From: Bacillota bacterium
GTDB lineage: Bacteria; Bacillota; DTU025
Reading direction: 5' to 3'
Length of the DNA: 64,000 nucleotides
Assembly (NCBI GenBank): GCA_050951805.1
Contig: JBMNJT010000002.1
Location: 1,492,905-1,556,904 of the forward strand
A model generated the notes under the pieces. It was not told where the DNA came from and made no database searches. It saw only the letters and a program-made list of their open reading frames with translations. How positions within the stretch are numbered: position 1 is the first letter of the stretch; the number at the start of each line of letters is the position of its first letter. Below, piece by piece: positions 51,290 to 61,438 of the stretch. A program made the translations under genes and the position numbers.

Positions 51290-51758
51290 CCCTGACGCTC
51301 CCTATTAAGCATTTTCGGCAACCGGTCCGTCGCTTCAGCCAGCCCCCACCACCCACCCTCTCGATAACCACCGTTCTGTTTAAACAGGAGCGAGCCAGCT
51401 ATCGGACGAGCCCATTACTTGTTCAACTTTTCTTAATGGAATCCTCCTAGCGTTTCCACAAGTACGCCCCATTCCGATCAGCTCATGCAAACTTAGAGAA
51501 ATTCGGTACTATTCGCTTATTATCATAATTATCCATAGATGGCAGGATTGGGCCCATTGTATGTAGTATTTAGGAAGTTGCAAGCAGCGCACAGAACTCG
51601 TGTGGCTGCTCATTACCAGGCTCGGACAAGCAGTTTTAGCCCGGCCAAACAAAGGGGGTGACGAGCGGGACAAGCAGTATTAACGTTTTCATGTCCACTT
51701 CAGGTTTGCGTTCCCAAACACAATGAAATTATCAGCGTGAAAGGGGAGTAATCGACAT

Positions 51759-54700
51759 ATGGCCAAGAGCCACTGGCGAAAGACTCCATGGATTGCCCTA
51801 CTGATCATGTCGTTGGCTCTAGCCCTTGCAACCGCAGTAGGAGCGGCGCAGAGCACGCCCTCAGGCTTGCCGCGGGGCGGGTGGCAACCGGGTCCCGACA
51901 TCTACCATCCCAGCAGGGTAATCGTGAGGTTCTCTGATGTTGTATCCTCGGAACATGCAACCCAATCCATTGCTGCCCTCGGCTATTCTGTAGACCGTGT
52001 TGCGGATTTCGGCGTCAGCGCCAATTTCCCGCACGGACTGAGAATCGGCATAGTGGAGCTTCCAGACGGCGTAAGCCCCGACACAGCAGTGGACAGACTG
52101 AGCAAGACCCCGGGCATACTGTACGCCGAACCAGACTACATCCGCTACAAGGACCAGGCATATGGGGATGCCCCAATCTTCCCCAACGATCCGCAATTCA
52201 ACAAGATGTGGGGTCTGCACAACCAGAACTGCCAGTTCAAGGATCCGCGCATGTCGGGCGATCCTGTAGATGACGCCGACATAGACGCCCCAGAAGCATG
52301 GGGCATATGCACCGGGTCCGAAGAAACAGTCGTAGCTATCATAGACACCGGATGCTACATACTACATCCAGATCTCGCACCGAACATCTGGGTCAACCCA
52401 GGCGAGATCCCCGGCAACGGCATCGATGATGACGGAAACGGTTACATCGACGACATCTGGGGATGGGACTGGTTCAATGGCGACAACTCCGTATGGGATC
52501 CAGGCGAACGCGACCAATACGGATATCTCAATGACGAGCACGGAACTCACACGTCCGGCACCATCGGCGCCATTACAAACAACGCGATTGGCGTCGCCGG
52601 CATCAACTGGAATATCAAGATCATGATCCTAAAATTCCTCGGCCCGGAAGGAGGCTATACCTCCGATGCCATCCTTGCTTTCAACTACGCGGCCAACAAG
52701 GGCGCGAAGGTGATAAGCTGCAGCTGGGGCGGGGGAGGCTACAATCAGGCGCTCAAAGACGCCATAGAGGCGACACATGCTATAGTGTCGTGCGCTGCCG
52801 GAAACAGCGGACAGAACACAGACATAAACCCGCACTATCCATCGAGTTACGACAGTGCCAACATTATATCCGTGGCTGCGATGATGCAGAACGATACCCC
52901 ATGCAATTACCCGGGCTGGTGGAGCACGTGCTGGGGTCCGACCAGCGTCGACCTTTACGCGCCTGGCGGATATATCCTCTCAACTATTCCGCCGGATCCT
53001 CCTCCATCGCAGCCTGGAGAGGCATATGACTTCTTCTACGGAACGTCGATGGCAACACCTCACGTGTCAGGCGCGGCAGCCCTGTTGCACTCCCTCAGGC
53101 CAGGCCTGCCCCTGTACCCCAGTGCGCCGGGATCAATACCCGGGCAACAGACAGTCAAGGACATACTCCTTAACACTGTCGACGTGAAACCCGCGTACGA
53201 GGGCAACGTGGTAAGCAACGGCAGATTGAACATAGCCGCGGCGCTCCTCGAATTGGGCGGGCCGGTGATAACCTCGATCGATGCCCAGCCCAGGTTCGGT
53301 CCGCCGCCGCTGGAGGTCACGTTTACCGCGTCTGCGATTTCGCCTGGTGGCGAGATCGTGGACAAGTGGTGGGACTTCGGCGACGGTAGCACACCAGTGC
53401 ACGAATTCAATGCTGTGCACACATACACTGAGCAAGGCGATTTCACAGCCACATTCCACGCGGTCGACGGCGAGGGTCTCGAAGCCACCGCTTCCCTGAC
53501 CATCAAGGTCTTCTTCCCGCCCGTAATAGGAGTGGATCCAGATGAAATCCACGTCGACCTGTGGTGGGCAGAAGAAACAACTCGCCAGGTCACCGTGAGC
53601 AACACAGGCCTTGGCGAACTCAATTACAGCGTCAACATCAGGCTGGTCGGGAAGATGAATGCATCGGGCGAAGCCAGGCTAGGCGCAGGAGGACCTGATT
53701 CCTTCGGCTACTTCTGGCTCGACACCGACGAGCCCGGCATGGAGCCTCCCGAATGGGAAGATATAAGGCCCATAGGAACCCAGATTACATTGGAAGACGA
53801 CAATGGCGTCGTAGTTGACCTCCCATTCGAGTTCCCGTTCTACGGGCAGAAGAAATCGCAAATCGCCATATGTTCCAACGGGTATCTTACCTTCGGCGGC
53901 AAACTGAACGCATGGACCAACACCACTATCCCGAATACTGCCGATCCCAACGATCTGCTCGCGGTATTCTGGGATGACCTCACCCTGAGCTCTAGCGGTA
54001 CTTGCCACTACTACGGTGATGAAGACATCTTCATAGTTCAGTATACTAATGTGCCCAGGCTGAGCAGCGGCGGACCTTACACATTCCAGGTACGGCTTTC
54101 GCCCCAAGGCGTGATCATGTACCAGTACCTGACTATGGCCGGAACACGCCTGAACGAAGCCACAATCGGCATCGAGAACGCCACGGGCACAGTAGGATTG
54201 GAAGTAGCATACAACAAGAACTACGTCCACGACGACATGGGTATCATGTTCCTCCCGGGTTGGATCGTCTCAAGCAGTTCAGGGGGAACTGTCGAGCCCG
54301 GAGAAGTGGACACGTTCGACCTGATGTTCTTCGCTGACCATTTGCCCAAGGGCACCTGGAAGGCTGTAGTAGAGATCGAAAGCAACGACCCGGCGAACCC
54401 CAAAGTCGATGTGGATACCTACATGTTCGTCAGGTCGCGCATAAACCCGACTATAAGGTCGGCGTCGGCCAACCCGTGGGCCGGTAGCGCCCCGCTTGAA
54501 GCCCACTTTTCAGTGGATGCATATGATCAGGACGGCGAGGTCGTCGACGCTATATGGGACTTCGGCGACGGCAGCCCGGTTGTGAGCGGGACGTTCAACC
54601 CTATCCATACCTACATGGCAGAAGGCAACTATACCGCTACAGTGATAGTTGTGGATGACGACGGGTTCGAGGCCGCGGCAGAAATAGACATAGTCGTAAC

Positions 54701-57700
54701 CGATCTGCCCCAGGTGGCCGTAGATCCCGCTTCATTCAACCAAGTGATCCGCGCCCACAGACAGCGTACAGAAACGCTGACCGTGACCAACACGGGAGTG
54801 GCGACACTGGAGTTTGCGGCCACAGCCTATACCGCGGGGATTCCTGCTGAAGCCGGCGAACTCGACCCGTTCGGCGCCGGCGGTCCCGACGGATTCGGCT
54901 ACATGTGGCGCGATTCAGACGAACCCGGCGGACCCATATTCGAGTGGGTCGAAATCAGCGGGATAGGCACTAAGCTGCCAGTCTCCGGGGATGACTCCGG
55001 AGTAGTCAACCTCCCATTCGACTTCCCGTTCTACGGAGACATCAAGACGGAGATCCGTATCTGTTCCGACGGTTATCTGACATTTGGCACAAAGGGGACT
55101 GCTTACACCAACGTAGCAATTCCCAATCCAGCTGAGCCAAACGACATGATGGCCGTCTACTGGGACGACCTCAACCCGCCCCAGGCGCCCGCTGACGGCG
55201 GCGTTTTCCACTACTATGACGCAGTCAACAACCGTTTCATAGTCCAGTGGAACAAAGTGCCTCGGTACTACAACAACGGCCAATACACGTTCCAGGCGAT
55301 ACTCTATCCCAACGGAACAATAGTCTACCAGTATCTCAACATGCAATTCGCCAGCGCTACCTATGAAAAGGACGGCACGATCGGCATCGAAAATGCCACA
55401 GGAACAGACGGCCTGCAAGTGCTCTACAACACACCAGGCTACATGCACAACAACCTGGCTATCAGAATCAAACCCATCAGCTGGATGTCGGTTGAGCCCA
55501 CCGAAGGCGAACTGGCACCCGGAGAAAGCATCGGTTTGGACGTCACGTTCGACCTGGCACTTGTCGGATCTGGGACGTTGGACGGCGCAGTTGTGCTAGA
55601 CACCAACGATATTCGAAATCCAAGAACGATAGTCCCCGTCCATATCCATGTGATCCCGAACAGCCCGCCTACAATCACGGCGTGTGCTGCCAATCCCCAG
55701 CAGGGACCTCCGGGAACATCGTTCCAGTTCGTGGGGGCAGCATATGACCCCGACGGTTCGCTCATTGACAAGTATTGGTCGTTTGGCGACGGATCGCCAG
55801 TTGTCCATGAGTTCGTTGCCAACCACATCTACGCCGCCGCAGGCGTGTATACAGCCATGTTCACAGCTGTGGACAATGATGGATATACCGCCACTGCCAC
55901 AGTGACGGTGACTGTCGCGCAATCCGCATCTGCAAGCTGGACCCCAAAACAGTTCAGCTTCACAGTTGGCGGAGGCCAAACGGCAACAGGAATACTCACC
56001 CTCTCGAACGCAGGGCCAGGTGCTCTCCTCTTCGGGAGCGGCGAGTTCCCAAGCATGATCCAAACACCGGAAAGACTCATCGCGCCTGAGGATATCAAGG
56101 ATGCTGAGGCCAAGACGGCTTTCGGGCTGTATCTACCCAATCAGAACCCCGAGAGGTCAAAGTGGCTGCCTGAAGCTGTAGGTTCGGTGATAAAGAGCTG
56201 GCAGTGTCCGTCGCCCATAGGCGATCCGTGGGGCGTCGGAGTTCTCTTGGACTCCGACGAGGTAGTGATCGCAGACGGCGCAGTCGACCCAACAGATGAC
56301 TATGTGGTTACATCGGATGGCGCATACACCGGCAGGTGGTGGTCAGCTGATTTCGGCGGCTCCTGGTCCGGCGACATGGCCTTCGATGGAACCTACATCT
56401 GGCAGGTAAACGTCGGCGGTGACAATGCCATCTACAAGGTCGACCCTGCAAGTGGCCAGACCGTCGGATCCATACGCAATACAGCGTGGGCCAGTGTATC
56501 CCAGCGAGGCCTGGCATACAACGCCAACGACGATACCTTCTATATCGGCGGATGGAACGAAGACGTAATCTACAAGTTAAAGGGGGAAAGCTGGGACAGC
56601 CCCGGCGCTGTAATAGAGCAATGGTCCATGCCTGTCAGCATAGCAGGGCTTGCTTACCACCCTGTTGCTGACGTTCTGATAGTCACATGCAACTCTTCGC
56701 CTGACATGATCTACTTCGTCAACGCAACAACGCACGCAACCATTGCCCAGTTCCAGCATCCAGCCGGCGGAGCCTACATGGGAGTCGGGTGCGAACTTGC
56801 TCGCGACGGCAACCTGTGGGTCGCAAGCTGGGGCGAGAATAAGATGTATCTAGTGGAGACCGGCCTCGGACCGATCGGCTCCGGCGACTGGCTGAGTTGG
56901 CAGCCTGCAGAAGGCAGCGTACCTGCGGGCGGATCAGTGCAGATCACGATCACAGCCAACAGCGAAAAACTCAGCCCAGGACCGCATGAGGGCAATGTGG
57001 TGCTCACAACCAACGACGTCGAAAACCCGCTAATCGTTGTGCCAGTGACACTACAGGTAGCCGAACCTCCTGCAATCACGGAAGCAACTGCTGAACCCAC
57101 ATTCGGCGAGCCTCCTCTGGAGGTTACATTCCACGCAGCATTCGTCGCGCCCGAGGTGCCGATCGCAAGTTACGGTTGGAACTTCGGCGACGGGATATCC
57201 TCCACAGAGCTGGACGTAGTCCATACTTACACGTTGCCCGGCAACTATACAGCCACATTCACAGTACTCGACCAGCTCGGCGCAACTGCGGAGGCAACCA
57301 TCGACATAGTCGTGAAACACTCGCCACATGCAACAGTGGATCCCGCATTGATCGAGATCACGCTGCCTCCCAATGGCGAAGCGACCGAGACCGTCACAGT
57401 CGGCAACGTGGATGGCAACGCTCCCCTCACTTTCAGCGTGAAGGTGAAGGGCGGCAGCGCCCCTCACGTGGCCATGCCTGAACGGATAGGCACAGTGATC
57501 GATCCCAACGCGGCCACGGCAGAAGGCCTCTACATGCCATTCGACCCAGCCGCAGTTGAGAGAATCGCTGCCAACATCCAACCCGGCGGCGTAGGCGACG
57601 TAGTCAAGTCATGGCCCGCGCCAGCTGCAGTTGAAATCGCCTGGGGCCTCGGCTTCGACGCCACAAACGTGTGGCTCGCCGATCCCCTGCCCAAAAACGA

Positions 57701-60700
57701 CTACATCATCACACCGGAAGGCGTTTTCACAGGCACCATCTTCAACACGCCGTGGGCAGGATCATGGCCCGGCGACATGGCATATGACTCCAATCGAAAC
57801 CTGATGTGGCAGGTAAACGTGGGTGGCGACAACGGAATCTACGGCCTCAACCCCGCAACAGGAGAGGTTGTGACCAAGATAACCTCTGGCGGCGCATGGA
57901 CCTCTGTTTCACAGCGCGGCCTCGGTTACGACGCCGACACTGACACCTTCTACATTGGCGGATGGAACGAGGATATCATTTACCACATCATGGGACCGAG
58001 CTGGCCTACTCCCGGCGCAGTAATCGCGGCATACTCCTTCCCTGTGAGCATAGCAGGGCTGGAGTATCACCCCGACGGCGTGCTATGGGTATCCACCAAC
58101 TCCGCTCCTGACATGATCTACGGAGTAGACATAGAATCTCTCGCCGTAATCCATCAGTTCCAGCACCCGTACCGTGGGGACTACTCCGGCGCGGGCCTGG
58201 CGCTCAACGATGACGGCAACCTATGGGTCGCATCACAGACGGACAACTACGTCTACCTGATCGATACCGAGATGCCGTTGAGCGCCGGCATAGTTGTCCA
58301 GCCTACGAGCGGGACTGTGCCTACAGGGCAGACCGCAGACCTTGCTGTGACGATCAAAGCCGCCGAGCTCGGCAAGCCCGGTCAGGATGTGCGCAAGTAT
58401 CTCGAGATCCTGACAAACGATCCGGTCAACCCAGCGCTCTTTGTGGACCTCATCGTCCACATTGAACCAGGACCCACCATAGTCGAAGTCACCGCTACTC
58501 CTGAGATCGGCCAACCACCGCTTACAGTCGCCTTCGCCGCCACTGTTGAAGCAGGCGCCAAGCCGATAACTGACATGTGGTGGGAGTTCGGCGATGGAAG
58601 CGACCTAGTGCATGAAGCTACAACCGAGCACGTCTACACCGACCTCGGCGTATACAAAGCGATCTTCCACGTAGTTGATGAGAATGACGTCGAGGCAACC
58701 GCCGAGGTGACAGTGACAGTCAAGTGGCTGCCTGTGCTGGGCGTAGAACCTGAAGAGTTCGATGAGGTCATCCAAGTCGGAGAGGAAAAGCAGACCATCT
58801 TAACAGTGAGCAACACCGGCATTGCGCCGATGAACTTTGAAATTGCAGTCGCTCCCAGCTTCGCCGAAAGCCCCGAATGGAAAGCGTACGCCGCTTCAGA
58901 GCCGATAAAGGGCGACTACGCTTCCGAGCCAAGGGGTTACGCGGGCGCCGGCGCTGGAGGACCTGATCATTACGGCTACGTCTGGATCGACAGCAAGAAC
59001 CCCGGTGGGCCTGCTTTCGATTGGGTAGAAATCAGCGGACTCGGAACACGCGTGTATTTGGGCGATGACGACGGGGTAATGGTGCCCCTGCCCTTCACCT
59101 TCCCGTTCTACGGCCAGATGAAGACGCAAATCGGCATAAGCGCGAACGGTTATCTCAGCTTCGATCCCGATTCCATCAACTACTACTGGACAAATGCGCC
59201 GATTCCCACGTCAGCAAAGCCCAATGATATGCTCGCCGTATTCTGGGATGACCTCTATCCAGGCGGTGGCGGAGAAATCTACTACTACAACGACACCGCG
59301 GGCGAGCGCTTTATCGTTGAGTACAAGAACGTGCCCAGATTGGGCGGGTCGGCAAGCTACACGTTCCAGGTAATCCTGAAGCCCAACGGAACAATAATCT
59401 ACCAGTATCTTAACATGGTTGGGCTTCTCAATTCAGCCACAGTTGGGATCGAGAACACCACCGGAACCGACGGCCTACAGGTACTCTACAACGCCGCTTA
59501 CATCGAAAACGATCTTGCAATAGGTTTTGCGCCTGTCGGATCGATCCTGAAAGTCAACCCGACATCAGGATACCTTGTGCCAGGGGGATATCAGGACGTA
59601 GTTCTCACACTCGGATCTCCCGACGCTCCGTACGGCACATATTCGCTCAACCTGTATGTGTCGGCCAACGACCCATACCGCCCATTTGCGACCATCCCCG
59701 TAAAACTCAAGCTAAACGCCGCACCTAGCGTCGTCATCACGGCGCCTGTCGGCGGAGCCGAACTGCACGGGACATGTGAGGTCGAATGGACGGCAACAGA
59801 CCCTGATGATGATGGAGACAACCTCCTGATCGACCTTGCCTGGACCCGCGACGGCGTCGAGTGGCACGACCTCGGAACCGGACTTTCCAACACAGGCGCT
59901 TTCGAATGGAACACCATTGAAGTAGGCAAAGCTGGCGACAGCTTCCGGTTGCGAGCAAGAGTCACTGACCCCACAGGCGCGTACCACGAGTTCGTCACGG
60001 GTGAGTTTACCATCATCAACAATGCCCCAACCGCCGACTTCGGCTTCACTCCGTCGTCTGCTACAAGGCGCGACGTTGTGAAGTTTACCGACAAATCGAC
60101 AGACGACGGTCGGATAGTGGCATGGCACTGGGAGTTCGGAGACGGCACGGACAGCTCTGAACAGAACCCGGAGCATCGGTACGCCGAGAAGGGCGAGTTC
60201 ACAATCGCGCTCACCGTCACCGACAACGGCGAGCTGAAAGGAACCGTGGAGAAGAGTATCGTGGTGGGGAACGCAGCGCCGATCGCAGCGTTCAGCTTCT
60301 CACCGGAGTCTCCCAAGGCAGGCGAAGTCGTGACATTCACCAACGAATCCACAGATGATGCCGAGATAATCGCGTACTTCTGGGAGTTCGGAGACGACAC
60401 CACGAGCGTCGCACCCGAGCCCACTCACACATACGCAACATCGGGCATCTTCACTGTGAAGCTCATGGTGATAGATGACGACTATACTGCAAGCAGCGTC
60501 GAACATGACGTGGAGGTAGTCAACGCGGCACCAGTGGCTGCGTTCAGCTTCACGCCTGCTTCGCCAACGGTTCATGACAATGTGGAATTCATTGACGAGT
60601 CCACGGACGACGGCCCTATAGCCGCCTGGCATTGGACGTTCGGCGACGGCGCGGAAAGCGACCAGCAGAACCCGAGTCACAGGTATGCCTCCAAAGGCAA

Positions 60701-61340
60701 GTACACAGTGACACTCACTGTAACTGACAACGGCGGTCTTTTGGGCACCGCTGAAGGGGAGATAACAGTCGTGAATCTCCCGCCAGAGGTGACAATAGTC
60801 AAACCGGAGGTCGGCACAGTCTGGACGGGCATGCAAACCATCGAGTGGGAGGCTGTCGACCCTGACGACGACGCGAACACGCTCAAGATCACCCTCGAGT
60901 ACAAACCCGCGGGAGGTCAGGATTGGCAGACCATCGCCGCTAATCAGGCAAATACCGGTACATGCGTTTGGGATACCTCCAGTGTCAAGCAGGGCGGACG
61001 CTACAGGATAAAAGTCACGGCCACCGATCCAAGCGATGCTACCGGACAGGCCATGAGCGACGAGTTCACCATCGTTGTACTAACACACGCGATCGTGGCA
61101 GCTCCGAACCCGGCGAAGGATGGCGTGACCTTCTACTATGATCTTGCCGCCGACGCAACGCTCTACGTGTACGACATCGCAGGACGCCTTGTTTACAGCG
61201 CAGAGCTTCCGGCCGCGGCACATGCTCATGAGTGGAACCTCAGGTCAGGCGACAGACCGGTTGCCAACGGAGTCTATCTCTACATCGCAGTAAGCGGGCA
61301 AGAGAAAACCGAAGTTGGAAGACTGGTAATCAGCCGCTAA
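51759..61340 (+). CDS. Giant secreted S8 subtilase with PKD, Ig-like, NIDO-like and propeller-like repeats and T9SS-type-A-like C-terminal domain
   Basis: Signal peptide; triad IIDTG / HGTHTSG / GTSMATP; many W.FGDG PKD motifs; GAGGPD.(F/Y)GY.W.D three times; WQVNVGGDN twice; C-terminal PNP..YDIAGRLV..NGVYLY..RLVISR. Confidence 0.92.
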   Translation: MAKSHWRKTPWIALLIMSLALALATAVGAAQSTPSGLPRGGWQPGPDIYHPSRVIVRFSDVVSSEHATQSIAALGYSVDRVADFGVSANFPHGLRIGIVELPDGVSPDTAVDRLSKTPGILYAEPDYIRYKDQAYGDAPIFPNDPQFNKMWGLHNQNCQFKDPRMSGDPVDDADIDAPEAWGICTGSEETVVAIIDTGCYILHPDLAPNIWVNPGEIPGNGIDDDGNGYIDDIWGWDWFNGDNSVWDPGERDQYGYLNDEHGTHTSGTIGAITNNAIGVAGINWNIKIMILKFLGPEGGYTSDAILAFNYAANKGAKVISCSWGGGGYNQALKDAIEATHAIVSCAAGNSGQNTDINPHYPSSYDSANIISVAAMMQNDTPCNYPGWWSTCWGPTSVDLYAPGGYILSTIPPDPPPSQPGEAYDFFYGTSMATPHVSGAAALLHSLRPGLPLYPSAPGSIPGQQTVKDILLNTVDVKPAYEGNVVSNGRLNIAAALLELGGPVITSIDAQPRFGPPPLEVTFTASAISPGGEIVDKWWDFGDGSTPVHEFNAVHTYTEQGDFTATFHAVDGEGLEATASLTIKVFFPPVIGVDPDEIHVDLWWAEETTRQVTVSNTGLGELNYSVNIRLVGKMNASGEARLGAGGPDSFGYFWLDTDEPGMEPPEWEDIRPIGTQITLEDDNGVVVDLPFEFPFYGQKKSQIAICSNGYLTFGGKLNAWTNTTIPNTADPNDLLAVFWDDLTLSSSGTCHYYGDEDIFIVQYTNVPRLSSGGPYTFQVRLSPQGVIMYQYLTMAGTRLNEATIGIENATGTVGLEVAYNKNYVHDDMGIMFLPGWIVSSSSGGTVEPGEVDTFDLMFFADHLPKGTWKAVVEIESNDPANPKVDVDTYMFVRSRINPTIRSASANPWAGSAPLEAHFSVDAYDQDGEVVDAIWDFGDGSPVVSGTFNPIHTYMAEGNYTATVIVVDDDGFEAAAEIDIVVTDLPQVAVDPASFNQVIRAHRQRTETLTVTNTGVATLEFAATAYTAGIPAEAGELDPFGAGGPDGFGYMWRDSDEPGGPIFEWVEISGIGTKLPVSGDDSGVVNLPFDFPFYGDIKTEIRICSDGYLTFGTKGTAYTNVAIPNPAEPNDMMAVYWDDLNPPQAPADGGVFHYYDAVNNRFIVQWNKVPRYYNNGQYTFQAILYPNGTIVYQYLNMQFASATYEKDGTIGIENATGTDGLQVLYNTPGYMHNNLAIRIKPISWMSVEPTEGELAPGESIGLDVTFDLALVGSGTLDGAVVLDTNDIRNPRTIVPVHIHVIPNSPPTITACAANPQQGPPGTSFQFVGAAYDPDGSLIDKYWSFGDGSPVVHEFVANHIYAAAGVYTAMFTAVDNDGYTATATVTVTVAQSASASWTPKQFSFTVGGGQTATGILTLSNAGPGALLFGSGEFPSMIQTPERLIAPEDIKDAEAKTAFGLYLPNQNPERSKWLPEAVGSVIKSWQCPSPIGDPWGVGVLLDSDEVVIADGAVDPTDDYVVTSDGAYTGRWWSADFGGSWSGDMAFDGTYIWQVNVGGDNAIYKVDPASGQTVGSIRNTAWASVSQRGLAYNANDDTFYIGGWNEDVIYKLKGESWDSPGAVIEQWSMPVSIAGLAYHPVADVLIVTCNSSPDMIYFVNATTHATIAQFQHPAGGAYMGVGCELARDGNLWVASWGENKMYLVETGLGPIGSGDWLSWQPAEGSVPAGGSVQITITANSEKLSPGPHEGNVVLTTNDVENPLIVVPVTLQVAEPPAITEATAEPTFGEPPLEVTFHAAFVAPEVPIASYGWNFGDGISSTELDVVHTYTLPGNYTATFTVLDQLGATAEATIDIVVKHSPHATVDPALIEITLPPNGEATETVTVGNVDGNAPLTFSVKVKGGSAPHVAMPERIGTVIDPNAATAEGLYMPFDPAAVERIAANIQPGGVGDVVKSWPAPAAVEIAWGLGFDATNVWLADPLPKNDYIITPEGVFTGTIFNTPWAGSWPGDMAYDSNRNLMWQVNVGGDNGIYGLNPATGEVVTKITSGGAWTSVSQRGLGYDADTDTFYIGGWNEDIIYHIMGPSWPTPGAVIAAYSFPVSIAGLEYHPDGVLWVSTNSAPDMIYGVDIESLAVIHQFQHPYRGDYSGAGLALNDDGNLWVASQTDNYVYLIDTEMPLSAGIVVQPTSGTVPTGQTADLAVTIKAAELGKPGQDVRKYLEILTNDPVNPALFVDLIVHIEPGPTIVEVTATPEIGQPPLTVAFAATVEAGAKPITDMWWEFGDGSDLVHEATTEHVYTDLGVYKAIFHVVDENDVEATAEVTVTVKWLPVLGVEPEEFDEVIQVGEEKQTILTVSNTGIAPMNFEIAVAPSFAESPEWKAYAASEPIKGDYASEPRGYAGAGAGGPDHYGYVWIDSKNPGGPAFDWVEISGLGTRVYLGDDDGVMVPLPFTFPFYGQMKTQIGISANGYLSFDPDSINYYWTNAPIPTSAKPNDMLAVFWDDLYPGGGGEIYYYNDTAGERFIVEYKNVPRLGGSASYTFQVILKPNGTIIYQYLNMVGLLNSATVGIENTTGTDGLQVLYNAAYIENDLAIGFAPVGSILKVNPTSGYLVPGGYQDVVLTLGSPDAPYGTYSLNLYVSANDPYRPFATIPVKLKLNAAPSVVITAPVGGAELHGTCEVEWTATDPDDDGDNLLIDLAWTRDGVEWHDLGTGLSNTGAFEWNTIEVGKAGDSFRLRARVTDPTGAYHEFVTGEFTIINNAPTADFGFTPSSATRRDVVKFTDKSTDDGRIVAWHWEFGDGTDSSEQNPEHRYAEKGEFTIALTVTDNGELKGTVEKSIVVGNAAPIAAFSFSPESPKAGEVVTFTNESTDDAEIIAYFWEFGDDTTSVAPEPTHTYATSGIFTVKLMVIDDDYTASSVEHDVEVVNAAPVAAFSFTPASPTVHDNVEFIDESTDDGPIAAWHWTFGDGAESDQQNPSHRYASKGKYTVTLTVTDNGGLLGTAEGEITVVNLPPEVTIVKPEVGTVWTGMQTIEWEAVDPDDDANTLKITLEYKPAGGQDWQTIAANQANTGTCVWDTSSVKQGGRYRIKVTATDPSDATGQAMSDEFTIVVLTHAIVAAPNPAKDGVTFYYDLAADATLYVYDIAGRLVYSAELPAAAHAHEWNLRSGDRPVANGVYLYIAVSGQEKTEVGRLVISR

Positions 61341-61438
61341 ACCCGGCTTGAACAGTATGGGCGCGGGCGGTCGCCCACGCGGCCGCCCGGTGGCCCAGCA
61401 ACTCCCGAACACTACACTCACCTAAGGAGGAGCGGCTA

